DNA from: Eubacterium sp.
GTDB lineage: Bacteria; Bacillota; Clostridia; Lachnospirales; Lachnospiraceae
Direction: 5' to 3'
Length of the DNA: 64,000 nt
NCBI GenBank assembly: GCA_024692605.1
Contig: JAILMQ010000072.1
Location: 5,238 to 69,237 of the forward strand
In this document: in pieces, positions 45,048-55,468 of the stretch
Position numbering within the stretch: the stretch's first letter is position 1
Layout of the letters: the number at the start of each line of letters is the position of its first letter
Made by a program: the position numbers and the translations under genes
Notes under the pieces: model-generated
What the model saw: the letters and a program-made list of their open reading frames with translations, nothing else
The model's database searches: none
What the model was told of the DNA's origin: nothing

Positions 45048-48000
45048 ATGATAGATCATTATAATGCCTTTATATCCTACAAACATTCCCCTCTGGACAA
45101 CAAGGTTGCGGAAACTGTCCAAAAAGAGCTGGAACATTTCCATATTCCGGATAAGATAAAAAAAACCAGCGGAATGAAACGTATTCAGAGAGTTTTCAGA
45201 GATAAGGACGAGCTCCCTATCACCAGTGACCTTTCTGATACTATTTCCAATGCTCTGGAGCATTCCGACTATCTTATAGTAATCTGCTCCACCAGAACAA
45301 AGGAGTCCATCTGGGTATCAAGAGAGATAGAATATTTCCTGCGTAATCACTCCAAGAGACAGATTCTTACTGTTCTTGTTGACGGCGAACCACAGGATGT
45401 AATCCCTGAAATACTTCAATATGAAGACCGGATAATAACTGACGAATACGGAAGGACACAGACTATCAGAACTCCTCTGGAGCCCCTTTCCTGTGATTTC
45501 AGAACCTCCTTCTCAAAAGCCAAGAAGGTGGAGATACCTCGTCTTGCAAGCGCTCTCATCGGCTGCTCCTATGATGAGCTTATGAATAGACGCAGACAAT
45601 ATATGATGCGTCAGATGATTTTGGCCTTTTCCGGTATCCTTCTTTTGATGTCTGCATTTATCGGCTATATGTTCTATACAAGACATCAGATAAAAGAAAA
45701 CTACTTGTCTGCTCTGACTAATCAGTCAAGATATCTGGCAAATGAATCCGAATACCTTATGGAAAACGAACAGCGAATCACAGCATTACAGCTGGCTCTT
45801 GAAGCTCTTCCTAAGGATAAAGATGATAAACGACCGGTAATACCTGAAGCAGTAAGTGCACTTACTAAGTCTACTCTGGCCTACTCATCAGCTGAAGCAA
45901 ATAGTATCCATGCAGTATGGAATTATCATATGACAAACCAGGTATCTGATTTTATTTTGTCTCCTGACACATCAACCATGGCAGCATATGATTATTCAGA
46001 CTTTGTATTTGTCTGGAACACTTCCTCCCATGAAACCATTTTCTCAAAGCATTATAGTAAGGAACATATCTGTGGTATCAAATATATTACTAAAGACACG
46101 CTGCTTGTATGGACCGACACTAAAATGCGTTATTTTAATATCTATAAAGATGAGCTTCTTTGGGAGATGGAATCTGTAGATTATAGTTTCGACAGCGATG
46201 AGCCTAAATTAATAGAGGATGATATGATTCTGACCAACGCCCAAAATAGCAAATTCATTACCATTGATTTAAAAGACGGAGCTGTAAAAGACACATATAA
46301 TCTAGAAACAGATATTACTGAAGTCGTAAATACAGAATTAACAGCTACTACTACCGATGCTATAGCTCTTGATATTCCTGAGGTTGATATTCCTGAGGTC
46401 GATATTCCCGATATCAACATTCCCGACACAGTAATCGAAAGTGCATCCCAGACTGATGCCGCCGTCTCAGATGCAAGCGAGACTGATGCTCAGGAAGATG
46501 AGGTAATAACAGATATTCCAATCAACAGATTTACATTATCCGAAGATAAAAACCATATCGCATTTACCACATATCTAAATTGGTCGTATTATGTTTTGGG
46601 AGTATATGATATAAGAACCGGTAAAACTATCTATACCAAATATAGTGAATGGATCAAGGATATTCACTGGCTTGATAATGAACATATACTCGTTACCCAG
46701 ACTTCAGACACCATGAATTCCAATATGTCAGTTGGTAACCAGTCTATTGTTACAGATAACACGAATCATATATATTGCTTAAATGCAAAAGATTTAAGCA
46801 CCTACTGGAAAAATGAATTTATCAGCACTGATGTTTCTTTATCAAGCAGTTTTTTAGATCTGCCAAGTGCAGATGCCATTGCGTATTACACCGGAAATAT
46901 CGCTGAGATTCTGGATAAGAAAACCGGAAATGTATTAAATCGTTACAATGTTAATTCATCAATCATAGATATCAGCGATACTAATGAAGACGGCACTCCT
47001 GTCCTTATAACAACTGACGGTGGAGTAGCAATTCCTACAGATACACCAAATACAGTAAGCATAGTCAGATATCTTACAGAGGACCTGGATAAAGTAATAG
47101 CCGAACATGGTTTTTATGTCCATCAGGAATTTAGCAATGACATAATATACTACGGAGTTAATGTTTATGACAATGAATGGCAGGAATTATCTGACGACAC
47201 TGTACCTTCTGAAGGTTTTAATGAAACATATCTGAATGATCAATTCCTTGTACTCTTAAATACTAATCAGGAGGCCAAGCTACTGATATACAGATTGGGA
47301 GATAAAACTCACTGTACAAGTATAACACTAAACGACGATTCAACTGTTGGTTACACAATACTTGGCATTTATAATGATAAGCTTTATCTTGCAACCAGAG
47401 TGGATGACGTTATGACCCTCATGGATGTGGATGTAAATTCCGGCAAGATAGGCACCAGGGATCTTAGTAGTTCTTTTTCACTTCCCAGTGAAACCATGAC
47501 CATGAAGGATGACACCATATATTATATAGAACAAGATGAAAACTTACATATGGTTCTTAACTGCCTGAGTATATCATCAGGAAAAACAAAAACAATGGAA
47601 TTACCGGAAGAAGCCACTACAAATCTTAATATTGTAGGTGGATATCTGGAGGGTAACTACATCTATCTGAATGATGATACTGAAAGCGATGATTATCTGG
47701 TTGATCTAAATGAAGAAAAAATAATAAAAATAGAAAAGCCTGAAAGATGGGACAGGACTTTCAACGTAGCTGTTTCAGATGGAAAAGAAAAGCTTATTGC
47801 CATAAATGATTCAACTAATATTGCAGTCTTTGACACAAAAGGAAACCAGGTTCAGTATATCGACTCCCGCGGAAATCAAACCTATGGTCTCAGCTTCTTC
47901 ACTCCAAAAGGAAAAAAATCAAAACCACAGCTTGTTGTTGCATACTCTGATCAGTCCCTGAAAAGATATGATATAGAATCCGGAGATATGCTTGATGAAA

Positions 48001-48329
48001 CCATGATTGAAATCTCTGCCTTTGCTGCATCCGGTTTAAAATGTACCGAAAGCGATGATAAATCTCTGCTGTTTTTCCAGAATGAAGGAATCCTAAATAT
48101 CATAGATACAAATGAATGGATAACTCTTTGCAGCATACGTAACTGCATAGGATATTATAAGCCAAAGGATATTATCCTGACATATGGCTATGCCCAGGAC
48201 GGTCAGAATAAGGTAGGTTACTTCAAACATTACACAATTGGAGACTTAATAGAAAAAGCTCATTCGATTCTCCAGGGAGCAACCCTGTCCGATGAGCTTA
48301 AGGATAAATATGGTCTTACGGATGACTGA
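45048..48329 (+). CDS. TIR domain, TM, and large beta-propeller-like domain protein
   Basis: AFISYKH, VFRDKDEL, LIVICS, WVSREI (catalytic-Glu position), one TM, then beta-rich repeats. RBS AGGAG. Confidence 0.88.
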   Translation: MIDHYNAFISYKHSPLDNKVAETVQKELEHFHIPDKIKKTSGMKRIQRVFRDKDELPITSDLSDTISNALEHSDYLIVICSTRTKESIWVSREIEYFLRNHSKRQILTVLVDGEPQDVIPEILQYEDRIITDEYGRTQTIRTPLEPLSCDFRTSFSKAKKVEIPRLASALIGCSYDELMNRRRQYMMRQMILAFSGILLLMSAFIGYMFYTRHQIKENYLSALTNQSRYLANESEYLMENEQRITALQLALEALPKDKDDKRPVIPEAVSALTKSTLAYSSAEANSIHAVWNYHMTNQVSDFILSPDTSTMAAYDYSDFVFVWNTSSHETIFSKHYSKEHICGIKYITKDTLLVWTDTKMRYFNIYKDELLWEMESVDYSFDSDEPKLIEDDMILTNAQNSKFITIDLKDGAVKDTYNLETDITEVVNTELTATTTDAIALDIPEVDIPEVDIPDINIPDTVIESASQTDAAVSDASETDAQEDEVITDIPINRFTLSEDKNHIAFTTYLNWSYYVLGVYDIRTGKTIYTKYSEWIKDIHWLDNEHILVTQTSDTMNSNMSVGNQSIVTDNTNHIYCLNAKDLSTYWKNEFISTDVSLSSSFLDLPSADAIAYYTGNIAEILDKKTGNVLNRYNVNSSIIDISDTNEDGTPVLITTDGGVAIPTDTPNTVSIVRYLTEDLDKVIAEHGFYVHQEFSNDIIYYGVNVYDNEWQELSDDTVPSEGFNETYLNDQFLVLLNTNQEAKLLIYRLGDKTHCTSITLNDDSTVGYTILGIYNDKLYLATRVDDVMTLMDVDVNSGKIGTRDLSSSFSLPSETMTMKDDTIYYIEQDENLHMVLNCLSISSGKTKTMELPEEATTNLNIVGGYLEGNYIYLNDDTESDDYLVDLNEEKIIKIEKPERWDRTFNVAVSDGKEKLIAINDSTNIAVFDTKGNQVQYIDSRGNQTYGLSFFTPKGKKSKPQLVVAYSDQSLKRYDIESGDMLDETMIEISAFAASGLKCTESDDKSLLFFQNEGILNIIDTNEWITLCSIRNCIGYYKPKDIILTYGYAQDGQNKVGYFKHYTIGDLIEKAHSILQGATLSDELKDKYGLTDD
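46371..46427 (+). repeat. In-frame 15-bp tandem repeat (DIPEV DIPEV DIPDI NIPD)
   Basis: GATATTCCTGAGGTT GATATTCCTGAGGTC GATATTCCCGATATC AACATTCCCGAC. Confidence 0.85.
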
Positions 48330-48345
48330 TAGTCTTAAAAGATTA

Positions 48346-49833
48346 TCAGCCAATCTCCTTATATAGTTGTGGAAACATTTCTTTGTTGATTATATATATG
48401 TCGTGCTCGTCATCTTCGCGCACGGCTATATAATCACCGGGTTCTCCTGAATAATACTTTTCATCATCCCACATGGTAAACAGCTTTACACAGCCTGTAA
48501 GTGGTCTTGCATATATCTTAGTCTTTGCCGTACTTATTACATTTTCAGCATATTCAAGAACTCCCGTCTTAGCACCGGTAACTGCATTATGAATACTCGG
48601 TTCATATTCAAAGGTTCTTTCAAACCTGCCCTCACCCTTGATGTAACTACTTCTTAATTTTTCCTCAGAAATAGGATAAACCTCTCCCTGAAGTCCTATC
48701 ATAAGATACATATCGTCTACAATCTTGACGTTAATATCTCCCTCCAGAGTTCTGATTTCAACCAGACTTCCAACAGGATAAACATTTGAAAGTTTAACAC
48801 ATCCCAAAGTCTGCGGAAGCTTTTCATACAGTTTCATACCTGAGGTATCCAGCACGGTCCTCTCGGCATAGATGATCTCATACTTCTTGTAATAACTATC
48901 CATTCGTCCTTTAATTATATCGAAAACATCTCCCATTCCCTGTATCAGATTAGGACGAAGTGCACCACCGGCCTTATAGAGATGACCACCGCCACCACCA
49001 ATTCCTTCAGCCAGGAAAGCGGCAACCTCATTAGCGTGAACTTCCTTTGTACAGCTTCTTACAGAGAACTTCACTTCCTCTTCACTGATATAATAAGCAA
49101 CACATACATCTACATCTGTGGTTTCCATTGAAAAGTCACTTATTACACCGAGAATTGTAGGATCACATTTATCAGCTGTTATGATCATATATCTGTATTC
49201 AGGATAATACTTATAATCAAGTATAGCCTTTCCCGTAATCTTCAGCTCATCAAGGGATATATTGGAGTTGCACATAGTTGTAACCAGGGGCTTATTTATC
49301 TGAAGGCTGTCTATCATATCCTTATCAAGCGGGTGAGCCACCTCGTTAAATCTTTTTGTATCAGTATATAATCCGTAATAAAGCGCAGTAGCCAGCTTCT
49401 TATCTTCATTGGCATCCAGACCTTCAAAACGAAGAAGATCCCATATTACTGTGGCACAGCTTCCGATATTACTACGGATTTCTGTCAGTTCATTTCCCTT
49501 CCAGCATCTTTCATGATGGTCTATTATGGCAATGTTTTCTGCATCTGTATCAGTAACATTTTTCTGGCCATGCTGACAATCCACATTAATAAGAAGCTCC
49601 GGCTTTTCGTCAAAATCCGGTACAAATTCTGCAGGTATCTCCAGTTCTCTAAGCATAATAATGAGGTTGTCCTTTGAAACCTCATGCACACCTCTATAGA
49701 TAAACCTTGGCTTCTTTCCCATCTTAGTAAGATACCAGTGAACCGCAAATCCGGATGCAAGTGCATCTGCATCAGGTGTGTCATGGCACTGTATTACAAT
49801 ATCATCAAACTTTAATAATTCGCTAAGTCTCAT
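48346..49833 (-). CDS. DHH/DHHA1 phosphoesterase with two C-terminal PGDYG-like domains
   Basis: HDTPDADA, NVDC, IDHH, YTDT, GGGGH. The C-terminus has TLEGD...GEVYPI and GEPGDY...DIYII. Start moved to ATG 49833 (SD GAGGTG). Confidence 0.85.
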   Translation of the reverse strand: MRLSELLKFDDIVIQCHDTPDADALASGFAVHWYLTKMGKKPRFIYRGVHEVSKDNLIIMLRELEIPAEFVPDFDEKPELLINVDCQHGQKNVTDTDAENIAIIDHHERCWKGNELTEIRSNIGSCATVIWDLLRFEGLDANEDKKLATALYYGLYTDTKRFNEVAHPLDKDMIDSLQINKPLVTTMCNSNISLDELKITGKAILDYKYYPEYRYMIITADKCDPTILGVISDFSMETTDVDVCVAYYISEEEVKFSVRSCTKEVHANEVAAFLAEGIGGGGGHLYKAGGALRPNLIQGMGDVFDIIKGRMDSYYKKYEIIYAERTVLDTSGMKLYEKLPQTLGCVKLSNVYPVGSLVEIRTLEGDINVKIVDDMYLMIGLQGEVYPISEEKLRSSYIKGEGRFERTFEYEPSIHNAVTGAKTGVLEYAENVISTAKTKIYARPLTGCVKLFTMWDDEKYYSGEPGDYIAVREDDEHDIYIINKEMFPQLYKEIG

Positions 49834-49846
49834 CTCTTCCCCACCT

Positions 49847-50791
49847 CTAGTATAATCCGATTGCCTCATCCATAAATAAAGCATTTTCCACAAGGATTCT
49901 TTCTGTTTCCGGAGTCCTGTTTCCCATGGTGCCATATGCATGAAAGGCGCCCTTCATCTGAACCATCTTAACATTTACTCCTGCATCTCTACATTTTTTG
50001 TAAAGTGCCAGTGAATCCGCATAAAGAGTTTCATTATAATCACAGGTAATGAATACCGGTGGAAAGCCTTTATAGTCGCCATAAATCGGAGATATATACG
50101 GATTCTTCGGATCCTCATTTCCGGCATATATTTCACACATAGGTTTTTCAAAACCGGACACGACAGTAAAATCCTCTACCTCATGGATGCTTCTGTCAAG
50201 CGAACCGGTAAAGTCCACCAGCGGACTATGTACTATAACTGCAGCAACACTTTTTCTGCCTCTGTCTCTGGCCTTTAATGCCAGAGCAAGACTCATGTTT
50301 CCTCCTGCACTTTCACCTACAATAACTATCTTATAATCCGGATATTTTTTTCTTATCACTCTGAGAATATTGTAGCAGTCCTCCAGTCCGGCCGGAAAAA
50401 TATATTCCGGAGACAACCTGTATTCCGCTGAAATAACTCTGTATCCCGTACAGCCTGCCAGCATAGAACTGTATGCTCTTGAAGCCGAAGCACTTCCGGA
50501 AACAAAACCGCCACCATGAATATACAGGATAACTATTCCTTCTCTGACATGATCAGGAACCAGAATCTCAGAGATAGTTCCACCAATTCCTATTCTGTAT
50601 CCCTTTACGCCTTTTTCCTTAGGCATAAAGGTATATCCCAGATTAGGCAAAACTCTGGCCTTGGTCCAGTCCACTTCCATCATGTTTTGATCGAAGCTCC
50701 TGCCCTTGTTCATGAGCTTCACCACATTTTTCATGTTTCTCATCTCTCTGCTTTTCGCAGTTCTGTCAGCAACTGACATTCTATCAACCAC
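49847..50791 (-). CDS. HSL-family esterase/lipase
   Basis: HGGG, YRLSPE, GESAGG, C-terminal His (AFHAY). Confidence 0.92.
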   Translation of the reverse strand: MVDRMSVADRTAKSREMRNMKNVVKLMNKGRSFDQNMMEVDWTKARVLPNLGYTFMPKEKGVKGYRIGIGGTISEILVPDHVREGIVILYIHGGGFVSGSASASRAYSSMLAGCTGYRVISAEYRLSPEYIFPAGLEDCYNILRVIRKKYPDYKIVIVGESAGGNMSLALALKARDRGRKSVAAVIVHSPLVDFTGSLDRSIHEVEDFTVVSGFEKPMCEIYAGNEDPKNPYISPIYGDYKGFPPVFITCDYNETLYADSLALYKKCRDAGVNVKMVQMKGAFHAYGTMGNRTPETERILVENALFMDEAIGLY

Positions 50792-50830
50792 CTTATAACA
50801 TATTATTTATAACATGTATTCTAACGGAGC

Positions 50831-52759
50831 TTATTCATTAACAGGCATTGTTCCCTCAATATTATCATTGAACCAGTTCATTGAGACTATATCTCCCATA
50901 TTCATGGTATCAAGGGACATGGCAATACCTCTGCCCTTTTTCTTGGACTCCTGATTAATCACCAGTCCATCCTGTGTATGAATCTCACCGGCAAAAGGAC
51001 TTATTTCACCCTTTATAATTGAATTTCTGAAGAAAGCAAGCATCTTGGAAGTTTGATACGGAAGCCTTGGAACGATTACATCAACCACACCTGTGGAAAG
51101 TCCAAACCAGTAATTAGCTGAAGCTCGTCTGTTCATAGCCTCATCCAGATTCCAGGTACCTGCAAGAACCGAATGCACGATACGGAAATAATATTTACCC
51201 CAATTAAAGAATGGAGCACCGATATATTTATTTCCTGAATCTTCTATCTTATAAAGTCCCGGACGCTGTTCTACCTTCATTCCGGTTGTATAATCCATAT
51301 CTGCAAAAAGAGTGATTCCTTCTGCTTTCCACTTTTCGATTATAGAATCAGTTTCTGAATTCTCTGTATATTCAAGCTTTATCTTGCATTCAGGATCTAT
51401 CATTGAAACACCTATGGCAAAGGCATTAAGATCTATAACGCTCATGCTTCCGCCTTTTCTTGCAAGATAGCCTATCCGTCTTTCTTCTGCTGATGTACCG
51501 CTTCTAAGAAGTGTATCGGCAGCAAGTATACCCATAAGGAAGGATGCTTCGTAAAGCTTTCCATGGTAGCATCTTAGAGATGCATATTTTTCTCCAACGC
51601 TGCAGTTTAAGAACTTAACCTTTGGATTACGGACTGCAGCATTAAGAACCTCATTCATCATTCCAGGAGATACTGCAAAGATAATCTCATTCTTATCTTT
51701 GAGAGCCTCATCGATAGCAGCCTTTACACTGCCCAGTTTCTTGGAATTATATGCGGATGTAACTACATTATCATCCGTCTTAACACTTACATAAAGTCTT
51801 CCGGCTTCATGACTGTCTATCCATCTGGATTCCTCAATATCAGCATCGTAAATAAATCCAACTCTGAGTGGTGATGCAGCAGTATATTTCTTTGTCTTTG
51901 AGAAAAGACTCATTATTCCCGCAGGTTTTTCTTCCTTAACCTCCTGGGCGGTATCCTCAAGGAATATTGCATTATCTCCTGCACCTGCAGCAGCAAACTC
52001 GTCATGGGCAAGTCTTATGTTGCTGGCTATCTGCTCATCTGTTGTATCTTCAAAGGACTTAAATGCAAATATTGAAACATAGATAAGAAATGCGTTACTG
52101 ATGGCAACCTCATCCTCTACATTCATTTCCTTTTTACATATCTTGGTAAATCTGTAGAAGGCTGATTTAAGATCAAGGCACAGAGATTCCGGCCATTCAT
52201 TTTCCAGATCCTGTCCCAGAAGTTCAGCAAGCTTTGCATACTCACCCGGCTCATTAAATACAATCAGGAAAATCTTTGTAGCTTTATAAAAATCAAGATA
52301 TTCATAATATGCCCTTACTTCCTTTGAGCCATCCTTCTTCGGAAGAATTCTTGTTACATCAGCGAGTATAAATTCTGTTCCACCAAACTTTGAAACTGAA
52401 ACACGCTTATTGCCTTCCTGTACATAGTACTTATTCATAAATTCATAAACCTTGATAGCATCTCTGATACCCTCACTCAGATATGAATCATAAAGGTTTG
52501 ACCATTTAAAGGCAAACTCTGTACCCTCATCAAATATTGGCATAAAATTATTAGCAAAAGCATTATTTCTTGCTGCCTCTTTATTTCCCTTTATACGGCT
52601 GAGAGGAAGCTCAAGAAGTCCAAGTCTTGACTGTCCTACAGACTGTTTTACTGCTTCCATTGTATCCATAACAGGAAGGTATGGTGACTGCCCTGTTCTG
52701 TTAGCCTTTCTTACGGCCTCATCCCCAAGTCTTTTAGCCGCTTTATAATCATCTCTCAT
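50831..52759 (-). CDS. Cytoplasmic fusion of a ParB/Srx-like N-terminal domain and a BMP-family ligand-binding domain
   Basis: IKVYE...YYVQEGNKRVSV (GxxR). BMP-like SRWIDSHEAGR, YEASFLMG, NAFAIG, NWGKYY. No signal peptide or lipobox. Confidence 0.75.
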   Translation of the reverse strand: MRDDYKAAKRLGDEAVRKANRTGQSPYLPVMDTMEAVKQSVGQSRLGLLELPLSRIKGNKEAARNNAFANNFMPIFDEGTEFAFKWSNLYDSYLSEGIRDAIKVYEFMNKYYVQEGNKRVSVSKFGGTEFILADVTRILPKKDGSKEVRAYYEYLDFYKATKIFLIVFNEPGEYAKLAELLGQDLENEWPESLCLDLKSAFYRFTKICKKEMNVEDEVAISNAFLIYVSIFAFKSFEDTTDEQIASNIRLAHDEFAAAGAGDNAIFLEDTAQEVKEEKPAGIMSLFSKTKKYTAASPLRVGFIYDADIEESRWIDSHEAGRLYVSVKTDDNVVTSAYNSKKLGSVKAAIDEALKDKNEIIFAVSPGMMNEVLNAAVRNPKVKFLNCSVGEKYASLRCYHGKLYEASFLMGILAADTLLRSGTSAEERRIGYLARKGGSMSVIDLNAFAIGVSMIDPECKIKLEYTENSETDSIIEKWKAEGITLFADMDYTTGMKVEQRPGLYKIEDSGNKYIGAPFFNWGKYYFRIVHSVLAGTWNLDEAMNRRASANYWFGLSTGVVDVIVPRLPYQTSKMLAFFRNSIIKGEISPFAGEIHTQDGLVINQESKKKGRGIAMSLDTMNMGDIVSMNWFNDNIEGTMPVNE

Positions 52760-52812
52760 TTGTATCCTCCCACTTTATATAGCACTCAACATTTTAAGTT
52801 AAACGGTCGTAA

Positions 52813-53907
52813 TTAATTCATTTTAAATGAAGCTACACCGGTCTTTTTTGAAGGTATTTTTCTCAAAATATTTCTTATTATCTTCTCAGATAAGTCATCC
52901 CAGTTTTCTTCAAATGGATTAGATACATCCATTATGCTGGAATAATCAAAATTAATTAACTTATCGTGATCTTCATCACCGATACAAAGCTCTATATCGA
53001 TATGTCCTTTTTCTGCGTAATCCAAAGCAGGTATTAGGTTAGAAACCACAACCTCCTCTATGGCAAGCTGACACTGCGTAGATTCCTTCTGGCTCATGTA
53101 TTGATTTTTACAGAAGTTTTCAAGTCTGGCAAGAAGAGTATATATATCGTACTCTCCATATAATAGCCTGAATTTGAAATTTCTGATATCAAAAACAAAT
53201 TGTCTGGTCTTTTCTTTTTTAGGCTTAAGGAAGATGTCCTTTGGTGTTCCCGATTCATAAATCCCGCCTTCATCCATATAGAAAATTCTATCTGAAACAT
53301 ACTTTGCCAGCTTCATCTCATGGGTCACAATAATCATGGTCAGTCCTGTTCCGGCCAGATCTTTTATAACTGCCAAAACTTCAGAAACCATAGTGGGATC
53401 CAGAGCACTTGTAGGCTCATCAAAAAGTATGATCTTCGGATCCATAGCCAGCGCTCTGGCTATAGCCACACGCTGCTTCTGTCCACCGGAAAGTTCATCC
53501 GGATATTTCCTTGCCTTATCTGTTAGACCAACCTTCTTAAGCTGAACCATAGCTACATCATATGCTTCTTTCGCTGAAACACCCTTCAGATCCTGCTGAG
53601 GCATCATTATATTTTCCACAACAGTTTTATGTCCAAACAGGTTAAAATTCTGGAATACCATTCCCATCTTCTGTCTTACCTTGGTAATATCAGTTTCGGG
53701 GCTGAATATATCTTCTCCATCAATTATAACCGAACCTGAGGTTGCTTTCTCCAAGCCATTGATACATCTCAAGAATGTGGACTTACCCACACCGGAGGGG
53801 CCTATTATAGAAATAACCTCTCCCTCATTAATCTTTGCATTTACATTCTCAAGGGGAACCAAATCAGAATATTCTTTTCTGAGATTTTTAATCTCTATAA
53901 GACACAT
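52813..53907 (-). CDS. Polar amino-acid ABC ATPase (GlnQ-like) with C-terminal extension
   Basis: [32 protein letters not shown], plus about 120 extra residues. Confidence 0.92.
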   Translation of the reverse strand: MCLIEIKNLRKEYSDLVPLENVNAKINEGEVISIIGPSGVGKSTFLRCINGLEKATSGSVIIDGEDIFSPETDITKVRQKMGMVFQNFNLFGHKTVVENIMMPQQDLKGVSAKEAYDVAMVQLKKVGLTDKARKYPDELSGGQKQRVAIARALAMDPKIILFDEPTSALDPTMVSEVLAVIKDLAGTGLTMIIVTHEMKLAKYVSDRIFYMDEGGIYESGTPKDIFLKPKKEKTRQFVFDIRNFKFRLLYGEYDIYTLLARLENFCKNQYMSQKESTQCQLAIEEVVVSNLIPALDYAEKGHIDIELCIGDEDHDKLINFDYSSIMDVSNPFEENWDDLSEKIIRNILRKIPSKKTGVASFKMN

Positions 53908-55431
53908 TTAATCAACCCCCTTTATCTTTCTGTTTCCTTTACGGGTATTGGTTTTGAAATCGACAAAATCGATAACCTTTGCAAATACCCACGCCAGAAC
54001 AAAATATATTATTGCAATAGATATAAGCGGGAAAAACGCGTCCATTGTTCTGCTTCTTATAAGATCTCCCGCTCTTGTCAGATCAACAACAGTGATATAT
54101 CCGGCCACACTTGTTTCTTTAAAGAGCATTACAAACTGAGTTTTGATAAGCGGCAGGTATATATTCCTTGCCTGTGGAAGTACCACCTTCCTGAAGGCAA
54201 GCTTTTCACTGTAACCAAGGGCAAGAGCAGCCTCTCTTTGTCCAGGATCCACTGCCCTAAGTGCATTCCAGATAACTCCGAAGACTCTGATTCCAAAGAT
54301 GATCGTAAAGCCAATTATTGCTACAAGCACTGCAGGAACATTGGCAAAGCCGAATACTATATAATACAGTACCATCAATATTACAACCACCGGAACACCA
54401 GTGATTATACTGCTGAAAATCGAAATAAGTTTGTTAAAGAATTTAATATCCTTATGTCTGAGTATAACAAGAAGAATTGCCAAAGCAGCTCCCATAATTC
54501 CTGACGTTACAGCTATCAGACAGGAAAGGAAAAGTCCAGACAAAATCATTTTATATCTGGATTCTTTGACAAATGTACGATAGAAGCTCTGCTTTACTTT
54601 ATCCACCAATGACACGGAACTGTCCTGTGCCAAATTACTACGTGTTACCAAAACAAAAGCAGCAGGATAATACTCCACAAAGTCCATAACTTCCTTTCTG
54701 TCATCTGTGGCTATTATGGAACCGGCACCAAGTAGTGCCTTTCCGGATTCAACCTCTGACATTATGGAAGCAAATTCCATTCCTACAAAATCAACATGCA
54801 CATCCAGCTTTTCAGCCATCATAAGAATAAGTTCTACATCGAAGCCAACCAGTTTACCATCTGCCACGTAACTCATAGGTTCCAGGGTATCACATACTGC
54901 AGCCTTAACAGTTCCGTTGGCACCCGGCCAGGACTGATCCGGAATAGTTTTAATACTGTAATCTGCTCCGGTCCATTTATCCCATAATTCTTTAATTGCT
55001 TCCTGATCTATCTCATTAAAAGCCTGCTGCCATTTTTCTCTTTCCTTGCTGCCTTTGGCAAATGCAATACCAAAGGTATTTTCCCCCAGGTTCTCAGGGA
55101 AAATGGCAAGAGACTCATCCTTATTCACACTTAATTCTGCCAATGCATTATTCATTAAATACGCATCTATCTTTTTGGTCTTCAAGGCCATAGTCATATC
55201 CGGCAGATTCGGAAAATACTCCAGTGAGCCTACCTCAGGAACCTTACTCTTTATAAGTTCTTCAAAAGGAGCTCCTGTAAGCATTGCTATCTTCTTTCCG
55301 TTCATATCTGAAAAATCAGAATATTCTGATTCTCTATCAACCTCTGCCCTTACGGTAATTCCGACAAAAAGTGGAATGAACAGAAAAGCCAATATAATAA
55401 ATAATATAAATCTATATCTTTTTTTCTGCAT
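53908..55431 (-). CDS. Polar amino-acid ABC transporter, fused substrate-binding domain(s) and permease
   Basis: Signal peptide, SBP family 3 motifs (GFDVEL), GQREAALALG EAA loop, FKETSV. Confidence 0.92.
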   Translation of the reverse strand: MQKKRYRFILFIILAFLFIPLFVGITVRAEVDRESEYSDFSDMNGKKIAMLTGAPFEELIKSKVPEVGSLEYFPNLPDMTMALKTKKIDAYLMNNALAELSVNKDESLAIFPENLGENTFGIAFAKGSKEREKWQQAFNEIDQEAIKELWDKWTGADYSIKTIPDQSWPGANGTVKAAVCDTLEPMSYVADGKLVGFDVELILMMAEKLDVHVDFVGMEFASIMSEVESGKALLGAGSIIATDDRKEVMDFVEYYPAAFVLVTRSNLAQDSSVSLVDKVKQSFYRTFVKESRYKMILSGLFLSCLIAVTSGIMGAALAILLVILRHKDIKFFNKLISIFSSIITGVPVVVILMVLYYIVFGFANVPAVLVAIIGFTIIFGIRVFGVIWNALRAVDPGQREAALALGYSEKLAFRKVVLPQARNIYLPLIKTQFVMLFKETSVAGYITVVDLTRAGDLIRSRTMDAFFPLISIAIIYFVLAWVFAKVIDFVDFKTNTRKGNRKIKGVD

Positions 55432-55468
55432 TGTGTCTCCTCTATAGCAATTATCTATAATTGAGTAT

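Noticed and set aside
49833-49941. Long apparent overlaps from upstream starts (DHH 49941, rfbG 24394, lipoprotein 40685, YkuD 62445)
   Set aside because: Downstream ATGs with good SD sequences explain these, so the extensions are ORF-caller artefacts.
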